64,000 nt of DNA from Flavobacterium sp. (GCA_031383535.1 JANMZS010000175.1:2844-66843), one strand, 5' to 3'; counted from the first letter of the stretch, positions 49,555 to 58,245 are shown. Translations and numbers: made by a program. The notes: generated by a model not told the origin, from the letters alone.

Positions 49555-50391
49555 ATGACAAATTTAAAACTATTTGAAAACCAACAAATTCGTTCCGATT
49601 GGAACGAAGAGGAGCAAGAGTGGTATTTTGCGGTGGTAGATGTTGTAGCCGTTTTAACAGGCAGTAGTGATCCAAAAGACTATTGGTACAGGATGAAAAA
49701 GCGTGAAAAAGTTTCAGGGTTTGAGTTATCGACAATTTGTCGACAACTGAAATTAGAGTCAAGCGATGGTAAAAAGTATGCAACCGATTGTGCTACAAAA
49801 CAAGGATTGTTGCGAATTATCCAATCTATTCCTTCACCAAAAGCAGAACCTTTCAAACAATGGTTAGCACACGTTGGAGCGGAAAGAATAGCCGAAATAG
49901 AAAACCCAGAGTTAGCACAAGAACGCATTAGAGCTACCTATAAGGCTAAAGGTTACAGTGATGAATGGATAGAAAAACGAATTCGTGGGATTTTAGTTCG
50001 TGATGAACTGACTAATGAATGGAAAAAAAGAGGAGTAAAAGAAGGAAAAGAGTATTCTATTTTAACCGCAGAAATAAGCAAAGCAACATTTGGAATTATT
50101 CCTAGTGATTATAAAAAACTAAAAGGATTAACAAAATCATCTGACAATCTTCGAGATCATATGACTGACTTGGAACTTATCTTTACTATGCTTGGAGAAG
50201 CATCAACAACTGAAATAGCTAAAAACAAAAATGCAAAAGGTTTTATAGAGAATCATAAAGCTGCCAAAGCTGGCGGAGGCGTTGCGGGTAAAGCACGTAA
50301 GGACTTAGAGCAAAAGTCGGGTAATAAAATTGTAAGTAATCAAAATTTTAAGGAACTTTCTGAAAATTTAAACAAGAAAAAATTAGAATAA
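49555..50391 (+). CDS. BRO-N domain protein (phage antirepressor-like family)
   Basis: WYFAVVDVV, LKLESSDGK, IIQSIPSPKAEPFKQWLA, KGYSDEWI, NLRDHMT. Confidence 0.8.
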   Translation: MTNLKLFENQQIRSDWNEEEQEWYFAVVDVVAVLTGSSDPKDYWYRMKKREKVSGFELSTICRQLKLESSDGKKYATDCATKQGLLRIIQSIPSPKAEPFKQWLAHVGAERIAEIENPELAQERIRATYKAKGYSDEWIEKRIRGILVRDELTNEWKKRGVKEGKEYSILTAEISKATFGIIPSDYKKLKGLTKSSDNLRDHMTDLELIFTMLGEASTTEIAKNKNAKGFIENHKAAKAGGGVAGKARKDLEQKSGNKIVSNQNFKELSENLNKKKLE

Positions 50392-50402
50392 TACTTTATA
50401 AA

Positions 50403-51287
50403 ATGAATCATCCTAAAGCCTCCATTATCGTTCCCTGCTACAACCTCGCTCTATACTTGAACGAAGCCTTGCAGTCTATTGATGACCAAACCTACCCCCA
50501 TTGGGAATGTATCATTGTGGATGATGGAAGTCAGGATAATACTGCGGAAGTTTCTAAAAAATGGGAAGCCAAAGATTCTCGGTTTATCTATTTGTATAAA
50601 GAAAACGGAGGTGTAAGTAATGCTCGAAATGTAGGGATTGACAAAGCTAAATATGAATTTATCTTGACATTAGATGCCGATGATAAATACGAAGCTACCT
50701 TTCTTGAAAAAGCAATGAAGGTCTTGTTAGCCCATGACGAATTGGGTATCGTGAGCAGTTGGGGGCAGTATTTTGTAGCCGATAAATTATTTCAGATTTA
50801 TAGAATGACAGGAAAGTCAACAGTAGATTTTTTATTTTATAATGATGCAGTTGGCACTTCGTTATTCCGAAAAAAATGTTGGGAGCAAGTGGGTGGTTAT
50901 GACGAAAATTCAAAAAACGGCTATGAAGACTGGGAGTTTTACCTGAGAGTGTGTGCGGTAGGTTGGAAGGTACATATTATCGAAGAAGTTCTCTTTTATT
51001 ACCGACAGCATGTTGTTTCTAGGCGCAAAGAAATGAATCAGAAGGAAAATGAAAATAAAAAGTATATTTTTATGAAAAATAAACAAATATATTTTGAACA
51101 TTATGAAACCTTCGTCGATCGTTATTTGTTAAGTTGTAATAAAGAAAAAGAAGAAAACAATAAATATGCAAACACGATTGATTATAAATTAGGCACTGCG
51201 ATTTTGAAACCATTACGAAGTGTAAAATGGTTTTTTTTGAATTTATTAACGAATAAGAAAACCAAAAATTACAACCTTTTTTCATGA
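50403..51287 (+). CDS. Glycosyltransferase family 2 (intact)
   Basis: SIIVPCYN, VDDGSQD, NARNVG, LDADD, EDWEFY. Confidence 0.92.
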   Translation: MNHPKASIIVPCYNLALYLNEALQSIDDQTYPHWECIIVDDGSQDNTAEVSKKWEAKDSRFIYLYKENGGVSNARNVGIDKAKYEFILTLDADDKYEATFLEKAMKVLLAHDELGIVSSWGQYFVADKLFQIYRMTGKSTVDFLFYNDAVGTSLFRKKCWEQVGGYDENSKNGYEDWEFYLRVCAVGWKVHIIEEVLFYYRQHVVSRRKEMNQKENENKKYIFMKNKQIYFEHYETFVDRYLLSCNKEKEENNKYANTIDYKLGTAILKPLRSVKWFFLNLLTNKKTKNYNLFS

Positions 51288-52251
51288 AAGAAATTAAGAT
51301 AAATTTTGTGGACTTTTGGCCAGGTTTCGATAAAACAAACAATTATTTCTATAATTTGTTGGTTCAAAAATACGATGTGATTATTGATGAAAATCCAGAG
51401 GTACTATTTTATTCTTGTTATGACAACAAATATTTAAAGTACAATTGTATTCGTATTTTTTACACTGCCGAAAATGTTAGACCCGATTTCACGGCTTGTG
51501 ATTTTTCCTTTTCGTTTGATTATAATGACAGAGTGAATCATTATAGATTGCGTTATACTCCATGTATGTTGACCTACTTAACATGAACGATAAATTGCAC
51601 TTCATACCAACAAGAGCAGAAGCAATAAAAAAATGGGAAACTAAAACTAAATTTTGTTGTATGGTAGTGTCCAATGCAAGAGCTAAAGAAAGACTCTGGT
51701 TTTTTAATACACTTTCTAAAGTAAAGCAGGTTGATTCTGGCGGTTCACTACTCAATAATGTAGGAGGAAAAGTAGCTGATAAATTAGAATTCATTAAGGA
51801 TTATAAGTTTGTCATTTCTTTTGAAAACAGTGTTTATGATGGATACACTACTGAGAAAATTTTAGAACCCATTTTTAAAGATTGTATACCCATTTATTGG
51901 GGGAATAAATTAGTAGGTCAAGATTTTAATTCCAATAGATTTATCGATTATAATTCATTCGAATCCGAAGAAGAACTGATTACTAAATTGCTCGAAATAG
52001 ACCAAAACGATGATTTGGCTATTGATATGTTGATGCAACCTACTTTTAATGAGCATAAATTATCACATAATGAAGAACGCATTCAAGTACTTCAAATTTT
52101 AAGTGAAATAATAGAAAATCCAAAGAAGCCTATTGCTACTAAATTTTGGAAACACTTGCACAATGTTAAAATAAAGTTTAAAAAAAATAAAAAAAAGAGT
52201 ATCAGCAAGACTTCAAATTGTATTTTTGAAAATAAATGTGACAGAAAATGA
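51284..52251 (+). pseudogene. Alpha-1,3/1,4-fucosyltransferase (GT10), split by a 1-bp deletion near 51551
   Basis: The two ORFs join as ...NHYRL[P]LYSMYVDL if ttg cg tta is restored to ttg ccg tta. GT10 motifs: ENVRPDF, KFCCMVVSN, YKFVISFENS, GYTTEKI, PIYWG. Confidence 0.85.
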
Positions 52252-52299
52252 GTAAATTCATTCGTTTTTCGGACTACAAAGAATTACAATAATAGTTCT

Positions 52300-52307
52300 T
52301 ATCTTTG
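52300..52307 (+). promoter_or_regulatory. Putative -7 box for the TA-like pair
   Basis: TATCTTTG 20 bp upstream of the ATG. Confidence 0.5.
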
Positions 52308-52327
52308 TTTGAATAAATTATTCAGCT

Positions 52328-52630
52328 ATGCCAAAACTATATGAATATCTAGGAATAATTTTGTTTTTCTATTCCAACGAACACGAACCTATTCACGTTC
52401 ACGCTAAAAAAGGTGAGTTTGAAAGTAAAGCAACATTTTGTATTGAAAATGGAGTAATTACAGAAATCAACATAGTAAATGTTAGAGGCAGAAAACCATT
52501 AGTAAACAAAGAATTAAAAGATTTTGAATCATTTTTAGCAGTCTATTCAGAAAAAATTGTTGAAAAATGGATAGCCTATTTTATATATCACAAGGAAATT
52601 GAATTTGAAAAAATAACTAAAAAAATATAA
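52328..52630 (+). CDS. DUF4160-like protein (putative TA component)
   Basis: MPKLYEYLGI.LFFYSNEHEPIHVH N-terminus. Confidence 0.75.
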   Translation: MPKLYEYLGIILFFYSNEHEPIHVHAKKGEFESKATFCIENGVITEINIVNVRGRKPLVNKELKDFESFLAVYSEKIVEKWIAYFIYHKEIEFEKITKKI

Positions 52631-52634
52631 TCAG

Positions 52635-52916
52635 ATGAGAATTACAGTCAAAACCACAAATAGTTATTTAGATAAAACAATATCTATAATTAGCGCCAAA
52701 AATCTTGGGAATTATACTATTTTAGTTCAGTTTAATGATGGTGTAGAAAAATTTGTTAATTTTTCGGATTTTTTATCAAAATCACAACATCAATCCATAA
52801 AAAAATATTTAGACGAAACTCTTTTTGATACATTTAAGATTGTAGACGGTAATCTAAACTGGAATGATTATGATTTAATTTTTCCAATTGCGGCTTTGTA
52901 CGACGGAAAAATTTAG
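52635..52916 (+). CDS. DUF2442-like protein (putative TA component)
   Basis: Y.ILVQFNDG, F..FKIVDGNLNWNDYD; paired with DUF4160. Confidence 0.7.
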   Translation: MRITVKTTNSYLDKTISIISAKNLGNYTILVQFNDGVEKFVNFSDFLSKSQHQSIKKYLDETLFDTFKIVDGNLNWNDYDLIFPIAALYDGKI

Positions 52917-52977
52917 TTTGCCAATAAATAGCCTCTTAAAAAAAATAAAATTCACACTGTTTAAACGATTAACCCAA

Positions 52978-53012
52978 AACCTCCAACTCCCAACCTCCAA
53001 CTTCTAACTTCT
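52978..53012 (+). repeat. Degenerate heptamer tandem repeat (5 units)
   Basis: aacctcc aactccc aacctcc aacttct aacttct, ending 4 bp before the wzt start. Confidence 0.8.
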
Positions 53013-53016
53013 CCCC

Positions 53017-54261
53017 TTGAAAGACATTATCCTCAAAGCCGAAAACATATCCAAACAATACCGCCTCGGACAGGTAGGAACAGGCACGTTGAGCCACGAC
53101 TTTAATCGTTTGTGGCACGAAATACGCGGTAAAGAAAATCCCTATCTTAAAATTGGCGATACTAATGACCGAAGTACTAAAGGTACTAGCGACTATGTCT
53201 GGGCATTACAAGATATCAATTTTGAGGTGGAAAGAGGCGAAGTACTTGGGATTATAGGTAAAAACGGTGCGGGAAAATCGACACTCTTAAAGATATTGTC
53301 TAAAGTTGCCGCTCCCACAACAGGAATTATAAAATCGCGTGGTCGCATATCTTCTTTACTCGAAGTAGGTACCGGTTTTAATGGTGAAATGACTGGGCGT
53401 GAAAATATTTATTTAAACGGAGCCATTCTAGGCATGACCAAAAAAGAAATTACTTCTAAGCTAGACGAAATAATCGATTTTTCAGGTTGTGAGCGTTATA
53501 TAGACACACCCGTAAAACGCTACAGCAGCGGAATGTATGTGCGTTTGGCTTTTGCAGTAGCCGCATTTCTGGAACCCGATATTTTAATTATCGATGAAGT
53601 TCTCGCTGTGGGCGATGCCGAGTTTCAGAAAAAAGCCATTGGCAAAATGCAGGATATTTCTCGTGAAGGAGGAAGAACGGTTTTGTTTGTGAGCCATAAC
53701 CTTACTGCAATACAAAAATTATGTAACACAGGAATTCTTTTGGAAAAGGGGAAAATAGTGACATCCGGAAAAATAGATAATGTTATTGAAACTTATTGTC
53801 AAAATGATTTTGAAAGTTTTGAAATCTTTCCAAATGATGAAAATGAAATGTACTTAAAAAATATAAAAGCATATTCTAGTGACATAAACACATCTGTTAT
53901 TACTGGAAAAAATGCTTTTTTTGAATTCCAAATTGAATCAAAAATAAATGCATCAAATGTAGTTTTAGGATTTGGTTTTAATGATAATCTTGAGAATAGA
54001 ATTGCAACACCATTTTCATTACATATTGATAAAAAATATGAAATAAAAACTGGAGAGAACAAAATAATTTGTGAAATCCCTAATTTTCCTTTAAAACCTG
54101 GTGCATACATGATTGAAGTATATATTGGCTCTAAAGAAAAAGACTATGATTATTATGATAAGGGATTGAAATTTTTAATTGAAGCGATTGATATACAAAA
54201 TATAAAATTTATACCAGACTCATCACAAGGTCACCTAATCCTAAATCAAATTTGGAAATAA
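53017..54261 (+). CDS. wzt: ABC polysaccharide exporter ATPase with C-terminal Wzt_C-like domain (TTG start)
   Basis: GKNGAGKST, YSSGMYVRLAF, IIDEVLAVGD, FVSH. Confidence 0.93.
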   Translation: MKDIILKAENISKQYRLGQVGTGTLSHDFNRLWHEIRGKENPYLKIGDTNDRSTKGTSDYVWALQDINFEVERGEVLGIIGKNGAGKSTLLKILSKVAAPTTGIIKSRGRISSLLEVGTGFNGEMTGRENIYLNGAILGMTKKEITSKLDEIIDFSGCERYIDTPVKRYSSGMYVRLAFAVAAFLEPDILIIDEVLAVGDAEFQKKAIGKMQDISREGGRTVLFVSHNLTAIQKLCNTGILLEKGKIVTSGKIDNVIETYCQNDFESFEIFPNDENEMYLKNIKAYSSDINTSVITGKNAFFEFQIESKINASNVVLGFGFNDNLENRIATPFSLHIDKKYEIKTGENKIICEIPNFPLKPGAYMIEVYIGSKEKDYDYYDKGLKFLIEAIDIQNIKFIPDSSQGHLILNQIWK

Positions 54262-55046
54262 TGGAAACTAACTCTCTAATGGAAGATATATTTTGCTTAA
54301 ATTATGAAATAAAAGCTCTTTCTGACATTACTTTAAGAAAAGAATCCGAAAGATGGATTCCAGGTTTTTTATACAAAGTCACAGAAGAAGAACATTTGGA
54401 TAGATATAATTACATTATAAATTTAACTAAGGATAAAAATATTCTTGATATCGCATGTGGCTCAGGTTTTGGGTCATATATTATTGCAACAGAAGGAAAT
54501 GCTAAACAAGTAATTGGCGTTGATATTGACAATGATGCAATAAGATATGCAAACCATAAGTTTCAACATGATAAAATTAAAAGATTTGTTGGGGATGCCG
54601 TAAAATTTAAATATAAAGAAAAATTTGATATCATAATAAGTTTTGAAACTATTGAACATATTCCTGACTATAAAGGATTTATTAATAATTTACACGACAA
54701 CTTAAATGAAAATGGTAAATTAGTAATCTCTACTCCAATAATGCCTTTCACTACTAAAAAACCTATAAACCCCTATCATGTTATTGAATGGTCATATCAA
54801 GATTTTACCAAATTATTGAGTGAACGTTTTAATATTGAAGAAATTATTATGCAAAATATTTGCTTAAATACAAATAATTTTGAAAAAAAGAGTATAATAA
54901 AAAAGATAAAAAACAAAATTAGAAGAATTTTCATTAATACCAAAAGTGGAATAGAATATCACAATGGTCTAATTTATGATTTTAAAAATATAGATTTATC
55001 AAAAATAGCTTCAGGTTATGTTATCTGTATATGTAATAAAAAATAA
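54261..55046 (+). CDS. Class I SAM-dependent methyltransferase
   Basis: EHLDRY, LDIACGSGFG, GVDID, SFETIEH, STP, NPYHV. Confidence 0.88.
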   Translation: METNSLMEDIFCLNYEIKALSDITLRKESERWIPGFLYKVTEEEHLDRYNYIINLTKDKNILDIACGSGFGSYIIATEGNAKQVIGVDIDNDAIRYANHKFQHDKIKRFVGDAVKFKYKEKFDIIISFETIEHIPDYKGFINNLHDNLNENGKLVISTPIMPFTTKKPINPYHVIEWSYQDFTKLLSERFNIEEIIMQNICLNTNNFEKKSIIKKIKNKIRRIFINTKSGIEYHNGLIYDFKNIDLSKIASGYVICICNKK

Positions 55047-55967
55047 ATGAAACAGCTTGCAATTATAATACCTGCATTTAAAAGTAAATTTTTAAGACAA
55101 ACTTTAGATTCTTTAGTGAATCAAACTAATCAAAATTTCAATTTATATATTGGTGATGACAATAGCCCGTTTAATTTAAAAGAAATTGTTGCTGAATATA
55201 ATGAAAAATTAGCTATAAAATATCACAAGTTTTCAAACAACATTGGTGGCAAAAATATTGTAAATCAATGGAATAGATGTATTGCATTAACAAAAGATGA
55301 AAAATGGATTTGGTTATTTTCCGATGATGACATCGCAGACGCTAACTGTGTTGAAACATTTTATGAAACTATTAAAATGGATTCTGAAAAATATGATGTT
55401 TATAGATTTAACACAAGAGTCATTGATGACTACAATAAAATAATTTGTGATAATGAAAGCCCTTTTGAAGAAAATTCTTTTGAAATGTGTCTTGATATTC
55501 TCCAACTAAAAAGAGGACATTGCATGCCTGATCACATTTTCAGTAAAAGAAAATATAATATATTAGGCGGTTTTGTATTTACAAATTATGCACAAGCTGC
55601 TGATTGGGCTACTTCTATAAATTTTGCAACTGAAAAAGGAATTTGCAGTATGAAAAATGCTAAGATAAACTGGAGATATGGTACTAGTAATATCAGCGGT
55701 AATGCTCATAAAGATAACCACGAAAAAGTTTTAGGTCATATTCAGTTTATAAATTGGGTGTTATCTCATTTTAAAAACAAGGTTGGTAAGAAGGATTTTG
55801 AAAAATTAAAACTTTATTCTAACACTAATTTAATTAAAATAATAAACATACACTATAAAGGTATTAGACTAAAAACAAGCTATCATGTTTTAAAAACTCT
55901 TATTAAGACAGATAATAATTTATTTAAAAATATTATTAATACATTTAGATTAATTAAATTAAAATAA
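55047..55967 (+). CDS. Glycosyltransferase family 2
   Basis: IIIPAFK, IGDDNS, WNRCI, FSDDD. Confidence 0.85.
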   Translation: MKQLAIIIPAFKSKFLRQTLDSLVNQTNQNFNLYIGDDNSPFNLKEIVAEYNEKLAIKYHKFSNNIGGKNIVNQWNRCIALTKDEKWIWLFSDDDIADANCVETFYETIKMDSEKYDVYRFNTRVIDDYNKIICDNESPFEENSFEMCLDILQLKRGHCMPDHIFSKRKYNILGGFVFTNYAQAADWATSINFATEKGICSMKNAKINWRYGTSNISGNAHKDNHEKVLGHIQFINWVLSHFKNKVGKKDFEKLKLYSNTNLIKIINIHYKGIRLKTSYHVLKTLIKTDNNLFKNIINTFRLIKLK

Positions 55968-56302
55968 TGTACCCCAAAATATCAATAGTAACTCCATCTT
56001 ATAATCAGGGTCAATATCTTGAGGATACTATTTTGTCTGTTTTGGGACAAGGGTATCCCAATTTAGAATACTTGATTTATGATGCTGCTAGTACGGATAA
56101 TTCAGTTGAGATATTAAAAACCATCGATTTCAAGAATAATTCTCCGAAAGTAATTTGTGTAGAAGCTGCAGAATATTCGCCCATTGGTACTGGTGAACGT
56201 AGAAACGAACTCATAGATTTTCTAGTAAAGAACAGTTATTACGAGTATGCTAACACTAATTTGAATGTTATAATGGTTAGAAAAGATTTTTGGTTTAAAT
56301 AA
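55967..56302 (+). pseudogene. In-frame chimera of a GT2 N-terminus (about 51 aa) and an FkbM-methyltransferase C-terminus
   Basis: KISIVTPSYNQGQYLEDTILSV...DAASTDNSVEILK followed by TIDFKNNSPKVICVE...NTNLNVI, which resembles an FkbM tail. Confidence 0.7.
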
Positions 56303-56304
56303 AT

Positions 56305-57111
56305 ATGACTGAAATATCAATTATAATCCCAACATTTAATTCTGCCAAAACCCTTGCAGTGTGTTTGGATAGTATTTTGAAACAAAGTTTTACAGACTTT
56401 GAGGTATTAATAATGGATGGGCTATCAACAGACAACACTTTAGAAATAGCCAAAAGTTATGATGACGTAAGATTAATAATATCTTCAGAAAAAGATAATG
56501 GAATTTATGATGCAATGAACAAAGGCATCACTCAATCAAAAGGAGAATGGATATATTTTATGGGAAGTGATGACTCTTTATACGAACCAACTACGATAGA
56601 ACAGGTTTTAAATAATGAGGCGTTAAAAAATAATGATGTAGTATATGGCAATGTGTTTTCAACTCGCTATGGTGAAAAGTATGATGGTTTATTTACATAT
56701 TTAAAATTGAGACATATGAATATTTGTCATCAATCCATTTTTTTTAGAAAAGTCGTATTCGATAAAATTGGTAATTTCAATCTAAAATACAAATCCCTCG
56801 CCGATTGGGATCATAATATTAAATGGTTTTTTTCAGATAAGATAGCAAAAGAATATATAGATCAAATCATTGCTAATTATGTTGATGGAGGTTATAGTTC
56901 AACCTATTTTGATAATGCTTTTAAAGTAGATAAAAATTTCTTGTTGTTAACTAAAGGGTTGGGTAAACTACCTATTTCTGAATTAATAAGTTGTAGTTCA
57001 TATTCTGTTACTGAAGCAAAACAAGAAAAAAAATATTTAAAACAAGTCTTTGCTCAGTTTCTGAGATTTGGCTTAAGAGTATGTAAGAAATTAGGGTTTA
57101 GTAAAAAATAG
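56305..57111 (+). CDS. Glycosyltransferase family 2 (WcaE-like)
   Basis: DGLSTD, SEKDNGIYDAMNKG, FMGSDD, CHQ, ADWD. Confidence 0.9.
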   Translation: MTEISIIIPTFNSAKTLAVCLDSILKQSFTDFEVLIMDGLSTDNTLEIAKSYDDVRLIISSEKDNGIYDAMNKGITQSKGEWIYFMGSDDSLYEPTTIEQVLNNEALKNNDVVYGNVFSTRYGEKYDGLFTYLKLRHMNICHQSIFFRKVVFDKIGNFNLKYKSLADWDHNIKWFFSDKIAKEYIDQIIANYVDGGYSSTYFDNAFKVDKNFLLLTKGLGKLPISELISCSSYSVTEAKQEKKYLKQVFAQFLRFGLRVCKKLGFSKK

Positions 57112-57129
57112 AATTTTAAAATCAAATTT

Positions 57130-58245
57130 ATGCCTAACAAAATAAAACCCATAGCCATTTATCTACCACAATTCCATCCTATTCCTGAGAATGATCAATG
57201 GTGGGGAAAAGGCTTCACAGAGTGGACTAATGTAACGAAAGCAAAACCTTGTTTTAAAGGGCATTACCAACCTCATTTACCTGCAGATTTAGGGTTTTAT
57301 GATTTGAGATTGGAAGAAGCAAGACTTGCTCAGGAGGCAATGGCTAGAGAATATGGTATTCATGGTTTTTGCTATTATCATTATTGGTTTAATGGTAAGC
57401 GAATGTTGCATGAGCCTTTAAACCGAAAAATGCAAAATTCAAAAGAAGATTTACCATTTATGTTATGTTGGGCAAACGAAAATTGGACTAGAACTTGGGA
57501 TGGATTAGATAAAGAGGTGTTGCTGTATCAGGATTATAATGATACAGACGATATTGCTCACATGAAATATCTATGTCAAACTTATTTCGCGGATTTTAGA
57601 TATATTCGACATGAAGGAAAACCTGTTTTTATGGTATACAGACCACATCTTTTTAAAGATATAAAAAAAACAATAAGAGTTTGGCGTGATGTCGCTAGAC
57701 AAAATGGAATTGGAGAGTTACATATTGGCTATATGCAAAGCTGGGGCGTAAATGATAATCCAATTGATTTAGGATTTGATTTTGCATCAGAATTTCAACC
57801 CAATTTCGGAAATGTACCTTTAGAAAAAGAAAGTTTAAGGGGTAGAATAATAAATAAAATTCAAAATAAGCTTAAATTAAAAACATTAAAAATAGAAACA
57901 AAGCCTAAGGATAGAATTTTCGAATATGAGGATTTTGTTAATAAGCAAAAAATGATAGCTTATAAAAATAATGTTTCTCCTTGCATAACTCCAATGTGGG
58001 ATAATAGTTCTAGAAGAAAAAATAATGCAATAATTTTTACTAATTCAACTCCTGAAATTTATGGAAGTTGGTTACAACATATTATAAAAAAATACCCATG
58101 GCATAAAAATGCCGAAAAATACTTATTTATTAACGCTTGGAATGAATGGGCAGAAGGAAATCATCTCGAGCCTTGCCAAAAATGGGGTAAATCTTATTTA
58201 GAAATGACTAAAAGTGTTTTAAAAATAAATGAAAATGAAAAATAG
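57130..58245 (+). CDS. WbsX-like glycosyltransferase (GH99-like fold), copy 1
   Basis: YLPQFHPIPENDQWWGKGFTEWTNV, LGFYDLR, WANENW, INAWNEWAEGNHLEP. Confidence 0.88.
   Translation: MPNKIKPIAIYLPQFHPIPENDQWWGKGFTEWTNVTKAKPCFKGHYQPHLPADLGFYDLRLEEARLAQEAMAREYGIHGFCYYHYWFNGKRMLHEPLNRKMQNSKEDLPFMLCWANENWTRTWDGLDKEVLLYQDYNDTDDIAHMKYLCQTYFADFRYIRHEGKPVFMVYRPHLFKDIKKTIRVWRDVARQNGIGELHIGYMQSWGVNDNPIDLGFDFASEFQPNFGNVPLEKESLRGRIINKIQNKLKLKTLKIETKPKDRIFEYEDFVNKQKMIAYKNNVSPCITPMWDNSSRRKNNAIIFTNSTPEIYGSWLQHIIKKYPWHKNAEKYLFINAWNEWAEGNHLEPCQKWGKSYLEMTKSVLKINENEK

Noticed and set aside
49555-50391. BRO gene as evidence of a prophage
   Set aside because: No structural, replication, lysis or integrase genes are nearby; it is a solitary cargo gene.
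46475-50525. Stub array as a true integron or CRISPR array
   Set aside because: There is no tyrosine integrase, no attC-like palindromes at the cassette ends and no equal-length repeat-spacer periodicity. The repeats are coding-gene fragments of unequal length.
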